50,301 nucleotides of DNA. Source: Nitrososphaeria archaeon (GTDB lineage Archaea; Thermoproteota; Nitrososphaeria; Nitrososphaerales; JACAEJ01). The notes under the pieces are model-generated. The model saw only the letters and a program-made list of their open reading frames with translations. It did no database searches and was not told the DNA's origin. Each line of letters begins with the position of its first letter. Position 1 is the stretch's first letter. The position numbers and the translations under genes were made by a program. The DNA lies in contig JARVKD010000004.1 in assembly GCA_029775875.1 (NCBI GenBank), positions 1-50,301 on the forward strand, given 5' to 3'. Positions 1 to 9,057 of the stretch are shown piece after piece.

Positions 1-477
1 CTTGGGATCAAGATCAATCTTTCCAGAGACAAGATTTACCAAAATGGTCATGTCTGGCTTGTGAAAGTTGACCCTTTTACCAGTCTTAGAAGCTATGATC
101 TTACCTATCTCTCTCGTTATCTCACTCTTTATCGCTTCTCCTCCTCTCAGCTTAAATTTAGCCCTTAGACTGTCCTCTCTTTCCATGAAGTCTTTTGGAA
201 GTTTTGCACCTATAAGAAAGTCGTCAAACTCATAATCCTTTAATTGCTCTAAAATCTTGACAGAATTTTCTTTTAAAGACTGCATTGAATCTTGGCAGAT
301 GAAGCATGAACCTTTCTTTGCCTTCACTTTGACTTCTTTTCTTATCATCTTTCCCTTAACTTCATTACTATCTCCTTTGATGCTCGGGAACTGCCTTCCA
401 AGGCACCAATTACATAATGGATAATCGGCAAGTATAATCCCAGCCAGATTAGCTATGCTTTTTCCAATAGATGGCAT
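1..477 (-). CDS. pus10: tRNA pseudouridine(54/55) synthase Pus10, N-terminal part (runs off window start)
   Basis: Not in ORF track. Manual translation from ATG 477 (AGGTG SD upstream): MPSIGK...PLCNWCLGRQF...SCFICQ...FLIGAKLP...EREDSLRAKFKLRGGEAIKSEITREIGK...KPDMTILV, the Zn-site/THUMP-like N-terminus of Pus10. Confidence 0.85.
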   Translation of the reverse strand, partial: MPSIGKSIANLAGIILADYPLCNWCLGRQFPSIKGDSNEVKGKMIRKEVKVKAKKGSCFICQDSMQSLKENSVKILEQLKDYEFDDFLIGAKLPKDFMEREDSLRAKFKLRGGEAIKSEITREIGKIIASKTGKRVNFHKPDMTILVNLVSGKIDLDPK

Positions 478-616
478 CAAGACACCTTAAGAGCGCTAAA
501 GCTATTAAAATAAAGTAATTAATAAGTTAGCCATAACGAATAATCCGATTTGCTAAAGTATTGTGATAAATTCTTAAGGTAGATTATCATAATTATAATT
601 TAGAAGGGGGATTTAA

Positions 617-856
617 TTGACTATAAGTAAAACTATTGAAAAAAGCAGAAGAGTAACATTCACAATACCCTACACGGGTTGCATAGACTGCCACATATCC
701 AACATAAAGTCTAACCTAAAGAAATTGGAAGGAGTGAGAGATGTAGAGATGAAACTCTGGACTGCTCAAATAGAATACTACCCATCAAAAATCAGCTTAA
801 AAGAGATCAAGAAAGCCATAACTGATTTGGGCTACGAAATTTCTGAGCGAAACTGA
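617..856 (+). CDS. Heavy-metal-associated (HMA) domain protein, CopZ-like copper chaperone
   Basis: GCIDC CxxC motif, LKKLEGV...V...IEY.P...[13 protein letters not shown] pattern; directly upstream of copA; TTG start after GGGGG SD. Confidence 0.85.
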   Translation: MTISKTIEKSRRVTFTIPYTGCIDCHISNIKSNLKKLEGVRDVEMKLWTAQIEYYPSKISLKEIKKAITDLGYEISERN

Positions 857-867
857 GGTGGGAGCTG

Positions 868-2922
868 ATAGCAAAAGACCCCGTATGTGGCATGTATGTA
901 AATGAGAAGACCACAAATCTTAAGGCAAAAGTGAGAGGAAGAGAGTACTATTTCTGCAGCACAAATTGTATGGAAACCTTCCTTAAGCCAGAAATCGAAC
1001 TGCGCAACCTAAAGATACTTACATCATTTTCCATAATTTTCGGAGCGATAGTATTCTTACTAGCCTTTACTCCGTTGAACTTTCCTATCTTTGCAAGTCA
1101 AATATGGCAGTTCCTTCTTGCTACCCCAGTTCAATTTATAGCAGGGATAAGGTTCTACAGGGGCACTTTAGATGCTATAAGAAATAGATCGGCTAACATG
1201 GATTCTCTGATTGCAATAGGAACAAGCACAGCTTGGCTTTATAGCACTATTGTAACTTTCTTTCCAGGTTCTTTACCCGGCTCAGAAGTATATTTCGATA
1301 CGGCTGCGCTAATAATCGCTCTGGTGCTAGTTGGAAGGACTCTTGAGCATATAGCGAAAGGAAAGGCGTCAGAAGCTGTAAGAAGGCTTCTAGATCTGCA
1401 ACCTACTCTTGCAACAATAATTCGTAATGAGAAAGAGGAGCAAGTCCCTGTCGAAGAAGTGAGAGTAGGAGACATTATCCTAGTCAAGCCTGGAGAGAAG
1501 ATACCTGTTGATGGGGAAGTTATAGAAGGTCATTCCTCTGTTGATGAAAAGATGATAACAGGAGAGAGCATCCCTGTGGAGAAGAAGGTTGGCGATGAGG
1601 TGATAGGAGCAACGATGAACAAGACTGGAGTTTTGAAGTTCAAGGCTACAAAAGTTGGTGCAGACACTACTTTGTCTCAGATCATCAATCTTGTAGAGGA
1701 GGCACAATCCACAAAGGCTCCTGTTGAGAGGTTAGTTGACAGAATTTCTTCTTATTTCGTCCCGATTGTAATCTTGGTAGCAGTAGGAGCTTTTGCGGGC
1801 TGGTATCTTCTACTTGGAAAACCCTTTGGCTTTGCTTTGCTGGCTTTCATAGCCGTGATAATAATAGCTTGTCCTTGCGCTCTAGGCATCGCAACTCCAA
1901 TAGCCCTTGTAACAGGAACAGGAAAGGGCGCAGAGAATGGAATTCTAATAAAAGGAGCTGAATATCTAGAAAGGTCTCGCAAGATTGATACGATAGTCTT
2001 CGATAAAACAGGCACTTTGACAAAAGGAGAGCCTTCCGTGACAGATTTGATTCCTCTAACAAACTCAAAGGAAGAAGAAATCCTCAAGATAGCGGCAATA
2101 GCTGAGAAGGGGTCTGAACATCCTTTGGGAGAAGCGATAATGAGAAAGGCTGAGGAAGAAGGGATTGAAATAAATGACCCAGAATCCTTTGAGGCAGTTC
2201 CTGGGCATGGTGTAAAAATAACTTACAATGAAAACGAATACCTTCTAGGCAACAGAAGACTCATGGTGCAAAATGGAATAGAAGTTCAAGAATATGAAGA
2301 TCAAATCAAAAAGCTAGAGAACGAAGGAAGGACTGTCATGATTCTAGCTTCTAAGCAAAGAGTTATGGGTTTAATAGCGGCTGCTGACTTGCCAAAGGAA
2401 GAAGCGAAAGAGACTATTGAAAGCCTTAAGAAATTGGGCTTGGAAGTTATAATGCTATCTGGTGATAATAGAAGGACAGCTGAGGCTGTAGCAAAACAGC
2501 TGGGCATAAAAAAGGTCTTTGCTGAAGTTTTGCCTGGAGAAAAGTCCGAAGTCATCAAGAAGCTTCAAAGTGAAGGAAAGTCTGTAGCAATGGTCGGAGA
2601 TGGAATTAACGATGCCCCAGCTTTGGCTCAAGCAGACTTAGGGATAGCTGTAGGGAGTGGGACAGACGTTGCAAGAGAAACTGGGGGCATAGTCTTGATA
2701 AAGGATGATTTGAAGGATGTAGTCACTGCCATTAAGTTGAGCAGAAAGACCTTATCAAAAGTAAAGCAAAACCTGTTTTGGGCTTTTGCCTACAATACAG
2801 CATTAATACCTGCTGCTGCTCTAGGAATAATAAGCCCGATAATAGCTGCAGGAGCTATGGCCATGAGCTCCTTTACAGTAGTGATGAACACTCTCTTCCT
2901 TAGAAGGTTCAAGCCGGAATGA
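868..2922 (+). CDS. copA: Cu(+)-translocating P1B-1 ATPase with N-terminal YHS/TRASH domain
   Basis: [22 protein letters not shown] and MxxSS motifs. The reading frame extends upstream of ATG 892 through (L)IAKDPVCGM, completing the DPVCGM...YYFCS..C motif, so the start is placed at ATA 868 (or CTG 865). Confidence 0.95.
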   Translation: MAKDPVCGMYVNEKTTNLKAKVRGREYYFCSTNCMETFLKPEIELRNLKILTSFSIIFGAIVFLLAFTPLNFPIFASQIWQFLLATPVQFIAGIRFYRGTLDAIRNRSANMDSLIAIGTSTAWLYSTIVTFFPGSLPGSEVYFDTAALIIALVLVGRTLEHIAKGKASEAVRRLLDLQPTLATIIRNEKEEQVPVEEVRVGDIILVKPGEKIPVDGEVIEGHSSVDEKMITGESIPVEKKVGDEVIGATMNKTGVLKFKATKVGADTTLSQIINLVEEAQSTKAPVERLVDRISSYFVPIVILVAVGAFAGWYLLLGKPFGFALLAFIAVIIIACPCALGIATPIALVTGTGKGAENGILIKGAEYLERSRKIDTIVFDKTGTLTKGEPSVTDLIPLTNSKEEEILKIAAIAEKGSEHPLGEAIMRKAEEEGIEINDPESFEAVPGHGVKITYNENEYLLGNRRLMVQNGIEVQEYEDQIKKLENEGRTVMILASKQRVMGLIAAADLPKEEAKETIESLKKLGLEVIMLSGDNRRTAEAVAKQLGIKKVFAEVLPGEKSEVIKKLQSEGKSVAMVGDGINDAPALAQADLGIAVGSGTDVARETGGIVLIKDDLKDVVTAIKLSRKTLSKVKQNLFWAFAYNTALIPAAALGIISPIIAAGAMAMSSFTVVMNTLFLRRFKPE

Positions 2923-2935
2923 TGTTGAGTTAGGA

Positions 2936-3172
2936 TTGGTTGATTTAAAAGATAAGCAAAGGATAAGAGTCAGAATAGTGGGCATGGACTGTTACTCTTG
3001 CTCTCTACTTCTAGATAGAACGCTCAAACGTGTGAAGGGAGTAGAGAAAGTCTGGGTAAACTATGTTTTGGATACAGTTTTCGTTGAATTCGATCCTAGC
3101 ATAATAAGTGAGAACGATATTCTTCAAATGATAAAAAAGAAGACGGGATACGATGCCTTCATACATCATTAG
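2936..3172 (+). CDS. Second HMA domain protein (CopZ-like)
   Basis: GMDCYSC metal-binding motif, VKGVEKVWVNY...VEFDP...GY; follows copA. Confidence 0.85.
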   Translation: MVDLKDKQRIRVRIVGMDCYSCSLLLDRTLKRVKGVEKVWVNYVLDTVFVEFDPSIISENDILQMIKKKTGYDAFIHH

Positions 3173-4497
3173 GAAGGTTGAGTTGCCATTCTCTTTAATA
3201 ACTGCCTCATCTCTCTGCCCTTCGATGCCTTCATGATGGCTTTGGACTGCCGATACTTTGCCAGCATTTCCTTGACTTCTTTTTCACTCACGCCAGAGCC
3301 CATGGCTATTCTCTTAATCCTTGAAGAATTAAGAATCTCAGGATTTTCTCTCTCAACTTTCGTCATGGATTGAATTATGACTTTCCACTTCTTCATCTTA
3401 GCTTCTAATTCTTCTAAGCCCTCTTTTGGAACCAATGAAGATAGACCAGGGATCAGGTCTAGAACCTTTCTTAATGAACCCATTTTCTTCACTTGCTCAA
3501 GTTGATAGTAAAGATCATCTATTGTCATCTTGCCAGAAATTATCCTCTGAACCTTCTTCTCATCAGCCTCTATCTCTAGCTCTTTTGCTCTTTCTATAAG
3601 GGCTCTTATATCTCCTAACCCTAATAGTCTGCCAACGAACCTTGTAGGAGAAAAAGCCTCTAAATCATCGACTCTTTCTCCTGTTCCTATGAATAGTATC
3701 TTAGCTCCAGTGGCTGCAGCAGCTGCTAATGCGCCACCACCCTTGGCTGCACCATCTAACTTCGTTACTATTATCCCTCCAACAGGCACCGATTTATGGA
3801 AGGCTTCAGACTGAGCGTAGCACTGCTGTCCTATGGTTCCATCAATTACAAGTAATGTCAAATCAGGGTTTATTTCACTAGATATTTTCTTCATCTCCTC
3901 TAAAAGACCCTTCTCCTCTTTATGCCTTCCAGCCGTATCTACGATTATGACATTCTTCTTATCTTCAAAATACTTCAATCCTTCACTGGCAACTTTTATC
4001 GAATCATCGAACTTTTCATCCCCAAAGACTTCTATTCCTATATCCTTTGCATAAGTTCTTAATTGGACAAGAGCACCAGGCCGAAAAGTGTCTGCACATA
4101 CTAAACCTACTTTGTATCCTTTCTTCTGAAAGTATCTTGCCAGCTTTGCTGAAACCAGAGTCTTACCAGAGCCTTGAATGCCCATTAGCAATATTACATT
4201 AACTTTATTGGTAGGAAGCTCTAACTTGCTCTCAGTTCCTAATATATTCGTTAGTTCATCGTATAGGATTTTTATTATGTAATCCTTTCTTGATAAGCCT
4301 GGAGGAGGATTCTCTTGAAGGGCTCTTTTTTCTATCTTAGATGATAGTTCAAGAACTAGTTTCACATTGACATCGGCTTGTAATAAAGCTCTTTGAGCAT
4401 CTTTTACGAATTCTTTTATCAGTTGCTCATCCACAGTGCTTGCTGATAAAATCCTCTTTATTGCTGCCTGTAATCCTTCCTTTAACCTATCTAGCAT
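3169..4497 (-). CDS. srp54: Signal recognition particle protein SRP54
   Basis: [37 protein letters not shown], Met-rich M domain with [11 protein letters not shown]. Confidence 0.98.
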   Translation of the reverse strand: MLDRLKEGLQAAIKRILSASTVDEQLIKEFVKDAQRALLQADVNVKLVLELSSKIEKRALQENPPPGLSRKDYIIKILYDELTNILGTESKLELPTNKVNVILLMGIQGSGKTLVSAKLARYFQKKGYKVGLVCADTFRPGALVQLRTYAKDIGIEVFGDEKFDDSIKVASEGLKYFEDKKNVIIVDTAGRHKEEKGLLEEMKKISSEINPDLTLLVIDGTIGQQCYAQSEAFHKSVPVGGIIVTKLDGAAKGGGALAAAAATGAKILFIGTGERVDDLEAFSPTRFVGRLLGLGDIRALIERAKELEIEADEKKVQRIISGKMTIDDLYYQLEQVKKMGSLRKVLDLIPGLSSLVPKEGLEELEAKMKKWKVIIQSMTKVERENPEILNSSRIKRIAMGSGVSEKEVKEMLAKYRQSKAIMKASKGREMRQLLKRMATQPS

Positions 4498-4501
4498 CTT
4501 A

Positions 4502-5188
4502 TCACCCTTTGTCCACCATCATCAATTCTTGAATTTCAATAGCACCAGAATCTTTCTCCCATCTTTTTATAACTCTTAAAGGTATCAGCCTTTTTTTATA
4601 AAGTGGTGCATCGAGTACAAATGAATCATAATCCCCTCCTTCGCCTGTAGGGTTAAAATGATACTTTTCCGACAATCTTAACAGTTCATCAACGCTCTGC
4701 TTAGTTAAATGCCTTCCTAACCAACTTTCATCCAACCCGTAGGCTGCTACAGCAACTATCATAACATCCATCCCCATTGATATTATTTCTTCAAGAACAT
4801 CGCTAGGTTTCATATTCCAAAGAGGTGCTAAATGCTTCATATTAACGGATTCAGCGATCTTGTCGAATCTATCCTTCTGGTAATTCGACGCTATGCCACC
4901 ACTGATGATCAGATCAGCCTTTAATTTCTTAAGGGCTCTCTCTAAAGAACCTTCTTCATCTTCTTTTTTCGCTTCAAATCCATACCAATCTATACCGATG
5001 CTCTCAGCTATCTTTTTTACATGTTTAACGTTATGAGCATGATATAACATGCTATAAGGGTCTTCTGGCAACATTGTAACAATTCCTACAATTCTTAATC
5101 CTAGAGCCCATGCTTTATGAAGAGCCAGAGTAGAATCCTTTCCACCAGAGGATATAACTAAAGCTCTATCGCCTTGAATCGAAGCCAT
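4502..5188 (-). CDS. dph6: Diphthine--ammonia ligase (Dph6/MJ0570 PP-loop family)
   Basis: SSGGKDS PP-loop, GGIASNYQ, APLW, GEGGDYDSFVLDAPLY. Confidence 0.88.
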   Translation of the reverse strand: MASIQGDRALVISSGGKDSTLALHKAWALGLRIVGIVTMLPEDPYSMLYHAHNVKHVKKIAESIGIDWYGFEAKKEDEEGSLERALKKLKADLIISGGIASNYQKDRFDKIAESVNMKHLAPLWNMKPSDVLEEIISMGMDVMIVAVAAYGLDESWLGRHLTKQSVDELLRLSEKYHFNPTGEGGDYDSFVLDAPLYKKRLIPLRVIKRWEKDSGAIEIQELMMVDKG

Positions 5189-5329
5189 TCAAGTTCATTT
5201 TATTTGAAGATGGAATTAAGTATAACGGGTTAAAAGAAGATTTAAAAGTGCTTATTTCATCATAAGGTCTTCGATGATTTAAAGTTGCTTACCCTAGCTA
5301 TCGCCAAACTCTAACTTTAGCATAAGTCG

Positions 5330-5391
5330 ACCCATCAGCACTTATAATCCTCGTCATCATTCAGATGCTCTTCCTTAATATCATCAAGGTT
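5330..5391 (-). ncRNA. Box C/D 2'-O-methylation guide sRNA
   Basis: Minus strand reads acc-TTGATGA(C)-TATTAAGGAAGAGCAT-CTGA(D')-ATGATGA(C')-CGAGGATTATAAGTG-CTGA(D)-tgggt: all four boxes in canonical order within about 60 nt, short terminal stem, intergenic. Confidence 0.85.
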
Positions 5392-5414
5392 AGCGATTAT
5401 TACATCTTGAGAAG

Positions 5415-8102
5415 TTATGAAGATTTGGAACGTCCTGACTTTTTTCTAAGATGCTTTTCGACTTCGACCATGAGTATGGAGGACGCAACTAGTAAAACCC
5501 ACATGAATGTTTCTAGAGGTATAGGCTCGGTTCGTAAGATAAATTGCAAAGCCGGGTGGTAGATAGCCAGAATTTGAGCTACGAAAGCCGCAGCTATGCT
5601 GATGAGGAGGAACCTATTAGAGAAGGGATTAATAGAAAATACCGTCCGTCTTTCAGAACGGCTCATGAAGGCATAGAAAAATTGGAAGAAAACCATGGTC
5701 GTTAAAGCCGCTGTTCTCGCCTGCCCTAAGGTCGCTCCAGAATTTATTTGCCATGAGAAGATTAGCAAGGTTCCCAGCATTAAGACTATGCCGGTAATTA
5801 CAAGTCTTGGAATGAGTCCAAAGAGAACACCTGCCTTAGGATCTCTTGGAGGAATCTTCTCCACTCCCTCCTCCTCACGCTCAAAAGCCAAAGCTACATC
5901 TTGCAAGCCGTTAGTAACCAAATTCAGCCATAGTAGTTGTGTAGGAAGGAAAGGAAGAGGCATCCCAAGAAGCAGGGTCGCTGGAATTGTCATGGCCAAT
6001 CCTATGCCAGTTGCCACTAGGAAGAGTGTTACTTTTCTGATGTTTTCAAAGACTATTCGACCCTCTTTTACTGCTGAATATATGCTGGCAAAATTATCAT
6101 CAGTCAAAACCATATCACTGGCATCTTTAGCAACATCAGTACCTGATATTCCCATGGCTACGCCGATTTGAGCAGCTTTCAAAGCGGGGGCATCGTTTAC
6201 TCCATCTCCTGTCACCGCAACGATCTCGCCATGCTTCTGAAACGCCTTCACTATTCTGAACTTATGGTGAGGAGATACCCTTGAAAAGATCGAGACATCC
6301 TTAACCTTTCGATATAACTCTTCGTCGCTCATCTCCTCAATCTCTCTTCCTGTTATGACTTCAGCCTCCTTCCCGACTATACCAATCTGCTCAGCTATCG
6401 ATCTTGCAGTTAAAGGATGGTCACCAGTCACCATAACTACCCTTATCCCAGCCTTTTTAGCTAATGCAACGGCCTCTACAGCCTCAGGCCTAGGCGGATC
6501 GATCATGGCCTGATATCCAGCAAAGATCAAACCCCCTTTCTCGATTTCTTCATGCGTAATCTCTTGGGTCTCAGGCGGCATCTCCCTATATGCCATAGCT
6601 AAAACCCTTAACCCTTCAGAGGCTAGGGAATGGGCTACATCCAATAGTTGTTCATGGGAGCAAGCTTCAACTCTCCCATCGATGTGACATGCCGACTTGA
6701 ACATCACAAAGATCTTTTCAGGCGCTCCTTTTACAAATACGATCTTTTTACCATCGTGTTCATGGAGAGTAGCCATATAGCCTCTCTCAGATTCAAATGG
6801 TACAATATCTATAGTTGGATATTCCTGACTTAACGTTTCAGGGTCGAAGCCCCTCTTCATCGCAGATATTATAAGCGCGCCCTCAGTCGGGTCGCCATCA
6901 ACCTTCCGGATATCATCTTTCAAGTAGACCTTAGATTCGTTGCATAGCATGCCTATTATCAGCGTCAAGTCTAGGGATAAATCTGCACCGCTCAAGACAG
7001 AGCCATTTATGAGGAAACTACCTTCAAGGTCGTATCCTGTTCCCGTAACTTCGTATAACCGCCCGGGAGTGTAGACCTTCTTTACCGTCATTTCATTCTT
7101 TGTAAGTGTGCCAGTTTTATCAGAGCATATTACAGTAGTGCTTCCCAGAGTCTCTACTGCAGGCAGCTTTCTGATTATTGTGTTACGCTTGGACATCCTA
7201 TTCACACCGATGGAGAGAGTTATCGTAATTACTGCAGGAAGTCCTTCAGGTATGACACCTACAGCCAAAGCAACAGCGGTAAAGAACATGTCCACAATGC
7301 TCTCACCCAAAGCTACTCCATACACTACTACTATGGCGCCTAGAAGAATTATCGCAATTCCTATCCTCTTGCTAAAATGGTCCATCCTAACTAGCAGTGG
7401 AGTCTTGGTAACTTCTGTCTTTTTTACCTCCTCGGATATCTTACCCAATTCAGTCCTTGTACCAGTTTCAACGACGACCCCTCTTCCCCGACCTGTTGAC
7501 ACAACCGTGCCCATGAAAGCCAGATTCAACTGGTCGCCAGGAACGAGGTTCTCATCGGCTATTCTTTCTACTTGCTTTTCAACAGGGACAGATTCGCCGG
7601 TCAATGCGGACTCATCTATCTTGAGCTCTTTAACCATGAAAAGCCGCATGTCTGCTGGAACTCTTACACCTGAAGTTAATACCACTACATCCCCGGGCAC
7701 AACATCACCAGCATCGACCTCAACCTCTAAGCCGTCACGAAGGACTCTTGCTTTGGGTGCTACCATCTGGGCAAGTCTTTTCATCGCCTCCTCTGCCCTG
7801 TACTCTTGAACAAAGCCTATAGTGGCGTTCAATGCTACGACTGACATGATGACTATTGTATCGATATAATGGGCAAGAGCAAGAGTTATTATCCCAGCGA
7901 AGAAGAGAATGTATATTAAAGGATTTCTAAACTGGTTGAAAAATATGACCATCGGAGATGGACCTTTATCTTCTTCCAATCGGTTATGGCCGTATTTTTC
8001 CAAACGCGCTCTAGCCTCAGAGGTAGTGAGACCTTCTTCCCGAGTTGCTAAACGAATAAAGACATCTTTTACATCAAGTTGGTACCATTCTTCTTTTGAC
8101 AA
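5415..8102 (-). CDS. Cation-transporting P-type ATPase (P2A-like/PacL-like)
   Basis: [41 protein letters not shown]; about 10 TM segments. Confidence 0.93.
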   Translation of the reverse strand: MSKEEWYQLDVKDVFIRLATREEGLTTSEARARLEKYGHNRLEEDKGPSPMVIFFNQFRNPLIYILFFAGIITLALAHYIDTIVIMSVVALNATIGFVQEYRAEEAMKRLAQMVAPKARVLRDGLEVEVDAGDVVPGDVVVLTSGVRVPADMRLFMVKELKIDESALTGESVPVEKQVERIADENLVPGDQLNLAFMGTVVSTGRGRGVVVETGTRTELGKISEEVKKTEVTKTPLLVRMDHFSKRIGIAIILLGAIVVVYGVALGESIVDMFFTAVALAVGVIPEGLPAVITITLSIGVNRMSKRNTIIRKLPAVETLGSTTVICSDKTGTLTKNEMTVKKVYTPGRLYEVTGTGYDLEGSFLINGSVLSGADLSLDLTLIIGMLCNESKVYLKDDIRKVDGDPTEGALIISAMKRGFDPETLSQEYPTIDIVPFESERGYMATLHEHDGKKIVFVKGAPEKIFVMFKSACHIDGRVEACSHEQLLDVAHSLASEGLRVLAMAYREMPPETQEITHEEIEKGGLIFAGYQAMIDPPRPEAVEAVALAKKAGIRVVMVTGDHPLTARSIAEQIGIVGKEAEVITGREIEEMSDEELYRKVKDVSIFSRVSPHHKFRIVKAFQKHGEIVAVTGDGVNDAPALKAAQIGVAMGISGTDVAKDASDMVLTDDNFASIYSAVKEGRIVFENIRKVTLFLVATGIGLAMTIPATLLLGMPLPFLPTQLLWLNLVTNGLQDVALAFEREEEGVEKIPPRDPKAGVLFGLIPRLVITGIVLMLGTLLIFSWQINSGATLGQARTAALTTMVFFQFFYAFMSRSERRTVFSINPFSNRFLLISIAAAFVAQILAIYHPALQFILRTEPIPLETFMWVLLVASSILMVEVEKHLRKKSGRSKSS

Positions 8103-8339
8103 ACTTCAAATTATACCGATCTATCAAGTAAAAAAGCTATCGATCATCAAATCTTTTCAAGGTTAATTATCTAGTTAATCTGTCAATAAACAAATTTATT
8201 GCTACATTTCAAAAAGATACTATCGAATAAGTTCACTTCCGTTAGATCTCTTCCTACATAAAAAGTAAATCCTATTGTTAGAGGCACTATTAAAGAACAA
8301 AATGCTAATATATTAAAAAGCTCTTATAATTTAGAGGCA

Positions 8340-8540
8340 ATGTTATTGTCAAGTATCAGATACGCTCGTCTAACCGAGTCTCAATTAAAGAAGATTCAGG
8401 CTCTTGAGAAGGAATTAGGAAATGTGCATCTTCTTGCTGTTGAGAAGGCTCCAACTATTGCAAGCCTTTCAAAAGAAGATTTAGCAAAAATACAGAAGTT
8501 AGAGAAAGAGCTTAGCGTGATTTTAGTAGCCTATAAGTGA
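8340..8540 (+). CDS. Small protein made of two tandem ~28-aa repeats
   Basis: YARLTESQLKKIQALEKELGNVHLLAVEK and IASLSKEDLAKIQKLEKELSVILVAYK; TATA-like sequence and GAGG upstream. Confidence 0.75.
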   Translation: MLLSSIRYARLTESQLKKIQALEKELGNVHLLAVEKAPTIASLSKEDLAKIQKLEKELSVILVAYK

Positions 8541-8602
8541 GAATCAAGAATTAAATTTACCTTATATACCACTTAGATGGTCAAAATCATGGGGAGTTAG
8601 GG

Positions 8603-8998
8603 TTGAGCAAGCCTGTCGATCTTGGTAGCTTGAAAGAAGGGTCTTATATAATAATCGATAACGAAGCTTGTAGGATAGTATCTTATGATAAATCCAAACC
8701 AGGAAAGCACGGTTCTGCAAAGGCAAGAGTTGTAGCCATAGGATTGTTTGATAATGTAAAGAGAAGTATGGTGTCTCCTGTCGACAGCATGGTTCAAGTT
8801 CCTATAGTAGAGAAAAGAGGAGGGCAGATAATATCGATAATGCCAGACAAGGTTCAAATCATGGACCTTGAAACTTTTGAGGTTTTTGAAGCTCCAAAGC
8901 CTGAAGAGCCTGAAATTAGGGAAAAATTATCCCCAGGGAATGAAGTAGAGTATTGGAAAGTTTTAGGGAAGAGCAAGATAATGAGAGTAAAGGGCTAA
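8603..8998 (+). CDS. eif5a: Translation factor aIF5A
   Basis: [13 protein letters not shown] hypusination motif; QIMDLETFE. Confidence 0.98.
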   Translation: MSKPVDLGSLKEGSYIIIDNEACRIVSYDKSKPGKHGSAKARVVAIGLFDNVKRSMVSPVDSMVQVPIVEKRGGQIISIMPDKVQIMDLETFEVFEAPKPEEPEIREKLSPGNEVEYWKVLGKSKIMRVKG

Positions 8999-9057
8999 TA
9001 ATTTAAAAAAGAAAATCTTAAAAGCATAGTAAAACGCAAATTCAAAGGTAAGAATAG

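Noticed and set aside
5257-5263. Second minus-strand C-box-like ATGATGA downstream of the sRNA
   Set aside because: No CTGA D box follows before the dph6 start
5365-5562. 65-aa plus-strand ORF
   Set aside because: Antisense to the ATPase 3' end and to the C/D sRNA; no motif
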